A DNA stretch of 64,000 nt from Lingula anatina (Eukaryota; Animalia; Brachiopoda), in the NCBI GenBank assembly GCA_051362555.1, contig CM120640.1, positions 54,538,788 through 54,602,787 on the forward strand. Direction: 5' to 3'. A program made the translations under genes and the position numbers. Shown one piece after another: positions 26,801 through 38,800 of this stretch (position 1 is its first letter; the number at the start of each line of letters is the position of its first letter). The notes under the pieces were generated by a model, which did not search any database, was not told the origin of the DNA, and worked only from the letters and a program-made list of their open reading frames with translations.

Positions 26801-29800
26801 CGATGTTGTCTTGTCTTGGGAGAAATGTACCTCTTTAGTATGAAGGAATTGTTTCTTAACTTGAATTCCCGACTTTTGTTTAGTTTGTTTTCATTCATTG
26901 CAATATCGCAAGAATAATTTGTTTGTGCTAAAAGCTGATCACAGTGATTTAATCTGAAAGTAATGCTTACACTTAGCAATGTAGGTAAGTGGAGATAATT
27001 TCCGGTACAGCCGTATTCCATTCGTATTTCAATGGATACGAACGCGTGGCAATTTTTAGCAGACTGAATTTCAAGCCTTACGAACAAAATGATTATCTTC
27101 CAAAAATAATTAATTTTAATCGTTCGTATAGATTGGAGAATTACCGTACATGAAAATTGCATACAGATTTATTTCCCAAGTTGGATCAATTTACCCATGT
27201 TGAGGGATGATATCATAACTTATGTGCTGTTGCACACATGTGGATATTTGTATTTACTGCAAATCCCTAAGTTATTTCTTAGGAGAGCCAAAGGTACTTG
27301 TCTGCATGCAAAATGACTGCAGGTTTTGTGTTTTATTTATTTTTTTTTCATCTAATGGATCCTTTGAGAATGTTAGCACCTGGTAAAATATTAATCTTTA
27401 ACTGCACTCCATCTAGATGTTTTTAGTTGCCTTGTGTTCAGAATAAATATTGGCCTACTGGCCCCAAGCCAGTGATAATCCAGATGGGCCAATAAAATCT
27501 GAATCCTTCTGGTCTAAAAAGGACATAAATGCTTTACCAAAGTGTAACAAACTCCCCTGGACCTGTCAATAAAATAGTATACCAATAAAAGTATATCTTC
27601 AAGGCTTACATTGTTAACCATAACTTTTCTTCAATTTTTACTTTTAAAAGCCCCATTTCTTAACTATAAGACATTTCATGAATTTTTAGACCATAATCAG
27701 AACTTGAAGTTTATAGTTTATCTTCAGAGTTTACTTACGTGATCATTTTGTAATGTGAAATAATCATAACACATTCCAATCATACTAATATGATAAATGC
27801 AAGTTGTATTTTACTTTTTTTTTTTCAGTTTAATATGGTTTGCAGCCGTAAATTCATGAACAACTTGGCCCAGTCCATGTACATGGCAGGGATGTTGGTT
27901 GGAGCAGTGGTGTTTGGGGATCTCTCTGATAGGTAAAAGATCAAATTTACCCATTATTTAAGAGCCTCTCTTTTTCACATTTAATGTTAATAAACATAAA
28001 TGCTGACATTCTTTTATGCAGAAAATTTTTTGAAACAGCAAAGTACAACGTTTTGTAAGTGGTTGCATCCATCTCCTCTATTCCTTTTTGAATTAGATTT
28101 CACCTTTTAAAAGATCACAAACAGTCTGCCAAGAGGCATTGGACCTTAGCCAAGTTATTAAGTCAAAGTCAGAAAATAATAATTTAATTAAGGAAATATC
28201 AATAAAGTGTTAGAGAATGTAATTGCACTCATCATAAAGTAGCCAATTCTTTTCTTTCCTTCTTTCTTTCTTGTTTTTTTCTTTTTTTTCTTTCTTTCTT
28301 TTATTTAAAGAACATGTCTTTGCAAAAATGATTTTCATGTTTTTGAAATATTTGCAAGGGTGTCAGATGCACATACTTTCAATGGTCTTGGGTATTTGTC
28401 TGTTGTAACGAAAAGAGAGAAGTGTAACACATTGATTGCCTTCATGCAGTTCTCAGCTGTGGTGGCTTGAACACCATTTGTGTAATCTAATTTTTTTACC
28501 AATTTGTTAAACTTCATCGTCTTTTGTGCACTCCTATTAGCCTGTCTGCAAATAATGTGATTATAGAAACATCAAACCTCCTAATATACAATATTCTCAT
28601 GACTCACACTGGTATTAAAATGATCTTTTACCTAATTTATCAGTGTCATAAAATATGAATTTAAAATAGATGTTCATGATAAAAATCCATTACATTGAAT
28701 ACAACCAGCTCCTGGAATTAAAATCTTTGACATGTTGTTTGGTTTTAAACAAAACAGGCACTTCAGTGGATTAAAGATATACTTTATGCATTTGAAAATG
28801 CCTCAAAGTCATATATTCTTTGTCTACATATCCTTTATCCAGACTTATATAATGTTAAAATCCCTCATGTAAAAGTACCTGGAGTTGAAATTTCCTTCTG
28901 AAATGAACAGGAATTCTTGGTTGTCTATGTAACTTGCCAGTCATTTAGAAATAATATATACATTGAATCCAAGTGCAGGGAAGAGTTTGACAATGATACT
29001 ACAAGGAAACTTCAATACTGTTGGAATTTTTTTTAATCTTAGGTCCCATTCAGAATGAGAAGATTCAAGTGCTAACTAGTCCATGGCTAAAGTATGGTGG
29101 CCCTACATGAAAGGAAGACCGCTTTATCCTGTAATGGTCTCTCTGCCTATCACACGCCTCCCCACACATCATCCCTTCAGGGGCACAGTAATTAAATCAC
29201 AACTCCATTCGACCAGACGCTTGGGGAGGCGTGTGAGAGGCGGAGAGACCATTACAGGATTAAACAGTCTTCCTTTCATGTAGGGTCGGCCATATTTGAG
29301 CCTTGGACCAGTTGGTACTCGGATCTTCTATTCTGAATGGCCCCTTCATCTTTTTTTCTCAATAAATTCATCTATCATGAGCATGAAATTTTTTTTTTTT
29401 TGGTGGGAGGGGACACGAGAGTGTGTGTGGTGTCTTGATTTGTTTTTATAGAAAAAAATTCATATATTTGTTATTCTGTTTCTTCTTCAGATTCGGTCGC
29501 AAGCGTCTAATGTTCATTAGCCAAATCATTCAGGTAATGAGTGGTATTGGACTGGCTTTTGCTCCCGAGTACATTACCTTCACTATTCTACGCTTCATGC
29601 TGGGGGCTGCTCACTCTGGAGTCTTCTTGCCTGCATTTGTCATTGGTGAGATGCTGAATAAGATATTACATATAAAAGCTACAACTGAAAATAACTGATG
29701 AGACATTTGAGTTATTAGATTCAGATTTGCCTTACTTTGATGAATAACGATTTGTTTCCTTTTAAAATCAGATTTTTGCAGATCTGGAAATTTTGATTAT

Positions 29801-32800
29801 ATGTTCAAGACTTTTTTTTTTTTGCGATCTTTGGAATTGTGTTATTATGTATTTTACACAAAAATGTCAGTTTTTACTGGTTTTAAATGCCAGAAATGTG
29901 AAATGAGTTGCCAAAGTATTTTTTTTTCTATTTAAGGAGGCTCTCCCATGTTTCAAAAACACCATTTCTGCTTTAGTGATTTTGATAAAAATTGTAAGAC
30001 AAAATCTACTCACCATATGAGTTATTTGTATGAAAAAAATTTGGGGGGTAACTAGTTTTGGAGAGGTAGCATCCCCAAAAACATCACAGAGTTTGTAATC
30101 AAGTTGTAATTGGGTATGTTACTTAGTAAAAGTCCAAGCGTCACCGAGTGTTCTTTGCTAAATGCAATGTTTTGTTGACATATCCTTAACGCTTCGATCA
30201 AAATAACAACAAACCTTTCATTGAAGTATGAATTACATATTTTATTGCATGATATATTTTAATCATTAGTCACTGTCGTAAAAAGTATTCAAGCTTATAT
30301 GAGAGAGCCTCCTTAAATGACGGTTGAACTGCTTAATCCAGTTACAGTGTTTAAGGACATATACATGTGAGCATGGACATTATATTGGTCAAGATTTGTG
30401 GAAACTCAAGATTCTGATGGATTCTGTGCTTCATAACTCATCTTCTTTAGGTCAAACTAGTGCAGCCAAATCTAGACTGGTTATATTCAGACACAATAAA
30501 TTGGATAAATGACTACATATATATTGGAACAAAGATTCACCCATCTGTCCATGTTGTGGCGATTCATTGCTGTTACCCAGCCTTAAATTCTAAGCCTAGT
30601 TTTTGTTGTGGTTGTGCTTTAAATTTTGGTAGTGGTTGAAAAATTAAGTGAAAAAGTAAAATAGGCATAATCTGACTTTTTACCAAAGTTGACACTTCTG
30701 TCTTTGTGACACAACTGCACCAGTACACTTTGAGAGATTGACAAAGCATTTGCCAGGCTATTATGAAAGGGAGTCACCCAAACCATTAATGAAAAAAAAA
30801 AATTATTTACTTTGTACAGATGACATTCACCCCATATACTGACTGCAATATGGGGCCCTGAAATAAACTGAACTAAACTTCCCAAGGAATGGTACAGCTG
30901 CACCACCAAGATATAGCACTCTGTGTGAGAAGGCCTTAAGTGATTTTATTTTTTCCTAAGAATTGCATGCCGGTGGCATGGTTTCATAAAGAGATAACCA
31001 ATATGCTATAGGCATATCAGTGTCTTGCAAATCAATGTTGTAATATGGTGACACATATTACACTCAAAAGGGCCTTAGCTGAAGGCCTTTCTGAATAATG
31101 CTGTAGGGCAGTCATCAGCAGCAACCATTGGAAGCTTCAAAATAAGCTTTTTATTTTTCATCTTCAGATACAGACATACAATATTAATGATGTTTTTTTA
31201 TCTTTATACTTTCCTGTTAATTTCTTTTTATTTTACAGGGATGGAGTGTATTGGCCCCTCAGGCAATGTGATGTCTGGTATTATGTACCATGTGTTTTTT
31301 GCTCTGGGGTATTGTACCCTGTCATTAGCTGCATATTTTCTTCCATATTGGAAATGGGTGCAGATAACCATTTGTATACCATCTGTTTTCTTTCTTCTCT
31401 ATGGCTGGTAAGTAAAGTTGGATATGTAAACACGTGGTCATGATGACCATGGTGGGGAGTTTAGACACTTAGTGCCTATGTATATGGCTACACAATGGAA
31501 ATGCATGCAAACTCGGAAATGATGTATTGATTGTTGGCAAAGGACCATTATTATAAGCTTTTGAACTTCAGTGAGAAATTTCCATTAGTATCGGCCTTTA
31601 TCTCTATGATTTGTTTTGTCTGCCAGGTTGTCTAGGGTATTAAATGGGGATGGGAATTCTGGAGCAACTGGTTCAGGTGCTTCCTGTGGCTTTGACAACA
31701 CTTCTGCTGCTCCTCACAGGCTATCATCCGAATTGATCTAAACCAGCAGTGAAATGTTTCTGAGTTTGCATCATCATTGACTGCCATACTTAGTGATCAA
31801 GTTACATTTATGATAAAATTTTTATTTGTTTCAGGCACAAAAATTGCTGTTGGGAAAGCAGGATATTCCAGGGGATGTAGTTTCATTCTACATAAATACA
31901 AAATATAAAAACTAACTGTGGTCTCCCTATTCCCTTTTCAGGCATGGAGTTTGTCACCCCCAAAGGAAGAACAATGGCTGGAATCTGTCCACACATTGCA
32001 TTTGCCATTGGTTATTGTACTTTAGCATTATCTGCATACCTAATTCCTTATTGGAATTGGGTGGCTTTTGTTATTGCCGTTCCAGATCTCTTATTTCTTA
32101 TATATTACTGGTGAGTAAAGATGTAGGCACTACATTGTGAATGGCACGTCATAGCTTCGTTTGATTTTGCAGCTGCTTGTGCTTATTTATTAGTTATTAC
32201 ATTGAAAACTGACACAGCTAAACATGCCACTTCTTTAAATGATTTTTGGCTGTTTTATTGCATGTTTTACCATCTATTTGGGATTTTAAACTTTATTTAA
32301 AACCCATATTGGTCAAATTTGGTGCTGGAATATAATTTGAATGCTTCCACTAACAATTTATGATAATTTTTCATTTATTTATAGGTATGGTACATTTGTC
32401 ATCAGAACATTTTAAATTAATTATTTTTGTTCACCCCAAAACCTCCTTTGGACAAGAGGCAAATAAAAAAAAACATATGGATTCCATACTGATTAAAAGG
32501 ACTGCCAGTAGGGATGGGACCATAAAGAAAAAAAAAAGAAAAAAGGCCATCAAAATTTACCAGATATCATCTACAATATTCAAATACTTCTCAGTCATAA
32601 GAGTTCTTTTCATGCACTGACATGGTTTACTTATTACCAGCTTTTGATGCTCATTTATAATGGTGAAACATTTGTTAACTTAAAAAGAATTTGGATATAT
32701 TGTGAATTTGTGATGATATCTATACTATAAAAATATCCTTGTTTTCTGGAAGAAATTATGTGTCACTTGTCCTTGTCATGTATATCCCTTTTATTAATGG

Positions 32801-35800
32801 CATTGCATGTTTGTGTTTTCAGCACTAACAATGCTTCTCTGGTTTCAGTCTGTAACATAAATTTGCTTTGAGTCAATCAGGTAAACTTTTAATAAAATGA
32901 ACAAGTTATTTTGATCAAATCTATAACCTGAAAGAAAGGTTTCTTTCTCAATTTTTTTGCCAAAAAAAACAAATATGATCTAAGGCTTTTGCCAAATGTG
33001 CCAGCTGACTCAAACCAAATTTAATGCGAGGATAGATGTACATGCTTGATCATTGTTGGAATTTTTGCTTCAATTTTTATATTGTCCATGATCTTAAATG
33101 ACATAAATAGCTTATGCCAATGATTTTGCATTAATTTTTACTTTGCACATAAGCATGGTGTTTTTTATATTTTGCTTATATGACTTAAGTTAAATTTACA
33201 ATCAGACTTCACTGTAGGTTTTTAATGTTTGTCTTGTTCAATAATTGTACACAAATAACTTAGGTAACTAAAAAAGCGTATGAATGAACTCATTAGGGTT
33301 ACTATTAGTATAAAATTCTCCTTCAAGCTATTGTTATATCAATTTTAAGGTGAAGTAATTTATACACATTCGTGAGCCATATAGTAGTATGAAAAAATTA
33401 ATTACTATGTTGTCACTACTCAAGGATTAGAAAAATAATAATAAAACCCAGGAAAAAAATACTTGCAAATGGGTAGCAATATTATGCATCCATTTTACCC
33501 AGTTCTTGTTTATGAATGCTTTTGATGTGATCTCCACAGGGACAAAATCATCCCAGGGTCGGCAAGGTGGCATCTGCAGAATGGCCATAAGGAGAAATCT
33601 AAGGACATCATAAAGAGGGCCGCCAAAGTGAACAACAAACAAATACCAGCCAAAGTTCTGGATGAGGTAATTAGTGCATACTCGCACACACACAAACACA
33701 TTCACTTGGCTAATAATGAATTACAGATTTCAGTTATAAATAGAAAGCATGGTTTGTTTGTATTTGAGTAATTTCTGTGCATATTATATGTTATATATGA
33801 GCCAGTTTTAAATGGCAGCAGTCATGAGAGGATACTTTCATTGCCCTTCACTTTTACAGTGTGTTATAAATATATTTACGTTCAAGATACATACCCTTGG
33901 CTCCTTAAATGCAATTTAGCATAAAATCAATAAAGATCCCAAAAAATGTAGTAATGGCACTTAATGCAACTTTGGGAATAAGAATTACCAAGAGCAAGAA
34001 TGTTATTAATGGAAATTGTTTTGTTGCTGGTGTTTTTATCTCTAATGGTTTACCAATAACCTGTATTGCATCTTCCAGCTGGAGCCCGATGTGAAGCACA
34101 ATGCACACGTGTTAGCCATGATGCGTTATCCTAGGATGAGAGTTCGTGGGTTCATCATCTTTTACAATTGGTGGGTACAGGAGAGTATAGTGTATTTCAC
34201 AAATCTCGTTACAGCAGAAGCTCATATTCCATACTTATTTGTCCTCTCTTTCACAACTGGGACATAATATGACAATCATATCCAAGCTTTAACTGCATTT
34301 CATGTTTTGGTCATTGCTTTGACCATCTCATTATGTGCTATTGTCATTGTGAATTTTGATGTGATTTTTTTCTAAAATCCCAGTTGTATATTATATTTCT
34401 TAAAAGAAAAACAAGCCTGGAGAAATTAATGTGATATTTTCAAACTTACATTTATGCATACAAACAGTAATAGAAATAAACTTAAAAAATGACAGAAATG
34501 TTACGCTTAAAAATTCAAGTATGGAAAATGGGTTTCTACTGAGGATCAAGGTGAATGGGGGCACACAGCATGTGGGTAGAGGGTTCAAAAATGTATTTAT
34601 GTATTTTTATAATTTTTATATTTTTATAAATTTCCATATTTGACTTGTTTATTTTGATGTATGGTGGTGTAATCAATTTGCAATGATCATATTGCTGAAT
34701 AATTATAATTACATTCATACCATTGATCTGAAAATGATGGCCCCTGACAACTGTAATTCATAGCAAAAGAGACATGCAGTACAATCACTGGAATAGAATG
34801 ATTTAGACTGGATTTTCAATGCTGCAGATTTAGCATATGGGTTGTCTTGAAAATTGTTTTATCATCATGTGCAAGCATTGTCAGCAATATCAGACACCAG
34901 TGTGACTGCTCATTGATAAAATTCTTTTGTGATGTTTTATTTTTTCATATTTGAATGATTGTGAAAATTAACAATATTTATATACATTTATTAAAAATCA
35001 AGATCATAGTAAAAAAATCTTTACCTTTCAGCTCTAACTGGGTCATACTTTTCGCTTTAATCCCATAGGGACTTGGAAGTATGTTTTGTCACAAACATAC
35101 TCTATTCATGCGTAACGCACTTTGTTTTCTTTCAGCGAAATTCCTTGATTTACTGCTAGCTGCTATATCCATTGCAGGTGATTTATTCCTCAGAATCATC
35201 ACCTTAGATGCTTCAATTGTGTCCTCCAGCATACATGATGTGTGTTAGTTTTAAGAGATTGCTGGGGCATAAAGAGCTAGCCTGAATCACACTGCCTTGA
35301 TTGATTATTTCCTGATACTTTTCCCATATTACTCAATTCTCATATATGAGGACTGGGTGGCGGGTAAGTTAAGGTTGTTGATGCCGTAAGTATGACATAT
35401 GGTGAACATACGCCGATTGTTATATATGATGCGTACATGTTGCTATCATTTCAGAAATCTTTTTTCCATTAACTTCTTTATAACAACAGTGGTTCATACA
35501 TGCTCATGATGAAAGTTCCACAGTTGTGCCAACAGCAGTCATGTGGTCATCACTCTATCACACATGTAGTATGGTTTCAACAATGCAGCTTGTCTTTGTC
35601 TCCTATCATACAAAAGGAAATTCAGCATGCTAGGTTTCACTTGTTCAGACCCCACTGTATTGATGACTGAAAAAACATCATTTGAATTGTCAAAGGGATC
35701 TTCATGCACACTTTCTTAAAATATCTGTACTTATATTTTGATTGATAATTAACTTGCTCTTTATTAAAGCAGTAGAATACAGGCCCAGAGTTGTCAACTT

Positions 35801-38800
35801 TTTCTGTGAAATCGTTTCTTCAGCAGATGAATTTCAAAAACTTCATGTTTCCTCCTGTTTAATTTTGTAACAGTGATTTGGTGAATTGTCTGTTTATCTT
35901 TTCTCTTATTGGCACCAGTTATACTTCAAGTAGAGGCTAGCCACAAAGTGTTTTCAAATATGTAAATTTTAGCCTGTAGTTATACAAAAAAGGTATAGAA
36001 CCATGTGCCAGATATTTGTGAGGCAGTGCATAGTTGCCTAAATAGAAATAACATAAAAGGCATTGGGACTGTCATAAGGATACAATGCTATTTTCTGTTT
36101 TGCAAACATTGCAAGTCCCCTAGGGTAGAATTTGAATAATAATAACAACCAAATGACATTACGAAGTATTATCCCTGAACAACTGTTTGGATGGCCAACA
36201 GGTTTGTGTTGGACCTTTGCATTATTTTGAAATGTAGTGATACTGTAAATGTTTACATGAGAACTCTGCAAGATAATTTAGCCATCATTTTCCAGCAGCG
36301 TGCATGTTGTCTTTAAGGGAGCACCATACAAGGGGGATCACAGAATGAGAGAGAAGGAATAGGTTTTAGGAGGCTGGGTAGCTGTACTGGTTTATATAGT
36401 TTAGGAAATAAGTTGTCATAGATCTAATCTTCTAATCACAATTGGTCTCAGCTGAGAGGTTCCAAATACTGGCTGAAATGCTCTGACAAAGAATACATTT
36501 CTTACACTGTCACAATGGAACAAATATATTTTCCACAGTGTCACAATGAACACATATGCTGATGCCAAAGCAGTGTCTGGTTGTTCACAGTCTGCTGGTC
36601 CAAATAATTTGTAAAATTGGTATATCATCCTTCAGCTTACAGCATAGACCAAGAACATGATGCAACAAAATAATTTTTTTCAGGAATTTTTAAGAATGGA
36701 CAACAGGTCAGGTGGGGATTAGAAAAAGTTTTTATTTTCCAAAGTGAGAACTTGATGTAGGGGTGATTGCTAAGTTTTAATACAGGGTAGAAGACTGCAT
36801 TGTTAAATCATAGAATTTTTACAGGAAAAATTTTGTGCAGATATCTTCCATTCCAATGATTAAAGCACCATCTGTGAGCAATTCAAAAATTTGTATCATT
36901 TTGATACTTCACATGATAAATGGTATGTTGGTAGCATGATGGGACTTTCATAGGTTTTGAAGAGGGAAGGCAGTGTGCTACTGTTCCTGAAAGGCATCTG
37001 CTACAAATATTTAAGGACTCTACCATACATGTTTTTCTTTGAACAAAATGATGTCATTTATTGATAATCAGTGGGACTTTTAATGTTATCGTTCATGATT
37101 TATATTCACTCTCCAAAAAGTTAATTAGATTGTAGCAGAAAACCTCATCAGGACTCTAACCACATTGTTACCCCAACAGTAAAATTGTTTTATCAGAATT
37201 TTCAGGGTTTTGTGCTTCATATTCATTGTATTTAATTTCACTCTGTTATCTGTATTTTAGGTTCACAGTGAGTTTAGTGTACTATGGGTTATCACTTAGT
37301 ACCTCAAAACTTCCGGGAGGCAATGACTACCTGAACCTGTCTCTGTCTGGTATTGTGGAATTCCCTGGCTTCCTCTTCTGCATCCTCCTTATGGACAGAC
37401 TTGGGCGGCGGCCATGTTTGTGTATGAGTATGATCTTTTGTGGAGTAGCCTGCATTGGGGCTGGTGTGATTCCTATTCTTTCTCCTGGGGGAGGTAGGCA
37501 TATTGGTGTGCACACAAACTATTTTTTTTTCATCTCACATGCGTGAAAAATATGTTTGAGGACCCTACATTTTGACATTTGTTTGCTAAATTTGTAATTT
37601 GTGGGCTTTTTTCAATTCATGTATTGGAAGATAAGTTGTAAATATTTGCAATTTCCTCTTTTATGCAGCCTGTGTGAATGCAATATGAATGTGAATTATG
37701 AAAATTGTGAAAAGTAGCAAGCATATTCGAATACATATTTAATTGTCATTCCATTGCATTGTAATTGTGCATGAGATGAGATGGTTGGAAATTTTTGAAT
37801 GTATTTGTGTGTTAAGTGTATCTCTATAGCTGTCTAGGCACTCCAGAAAGCATGTGTGTTAAAATTGTAACAAAATGTATTTCTTTTCTGTAGGACTAGA
37901 CTGGCTAGTCATCACTTTGTCCATGATTGGTAAGGCGTTCACAGGTTCCGCCTTTGTCCTTGTGTACAACTACTCAGCCGAAGCATTCCCGACTGTGATA
38001 AGGAATGGAGTAGTGGGTGTCAGCTCCATGTTTGCCAGGGTGGGAGGAATTCTTGCTCCTCTAGTGAACTTAATGGTAAGTTTCACTTCTAGCACTTGCT
38101 GCATTTCATACAATTCTCAACTGACCAAATTATATGTACTGTGCCACCACAATATAACTTAAGCTTACACATTTGTCATTAAACTGTTAAATACGTTCTG
38201 TATTTATATTCATAACCATATTTATCTTTTTTTTTTTTTTTTTTTTTTTTTGTCATTAGGGTGACTACACTCATTCGAGTGTCCCACAGATTATCTTTGG
38301 CATCATTCCACTGATTGCTGGGGGTCTGGCCCTGTTGCTCCCCGAGACTAACAATGTACCTATGCCAGAAAACCTGGAGCAGGGAGAGCAGTTTGGACTG
38401 CCTGGCTTCTATGAGTATGTGCCTTTATGAGAAATTCATTTGTAATAAACACTATGTTCATTAGTGTGACAGTTAAGATAGTGGTGGCATTTTAACTTTA
38501 TTAACTTGGGCTTTTTACAGTATTTTTAAGCAGCAGGTAATAAGTAGTTTACTTGCAGCAATACCATTTCTGAAGTAAAAAGACCATGTTTTAATTATTA
38601 ACCACATCTTCCTAAACATCTTTAACATTATTTGATACTGTATTGGTTATCAATAAAGAAAAGAAGAGAGTTTTACAAACTGAATAACCTTAATTTTAAA
38701 ATTCCTCTCTGGCATGTATTAAATGAAAATCCCCTCATTGTTTTCAGATTTTGATAAATTGACACATTTATTATTGAAATCTCTTTTTGCTGCTTAAAAT

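Noticed and set aside
31942-32110. Exon 5b as a dead pseudo-exon or a constitutive extra exon
   Set aside because: It is fully open with exact length and strong splice signals despite ~47% aa divergence; constitutive co-inclusion causes a frameshift and premature stop.
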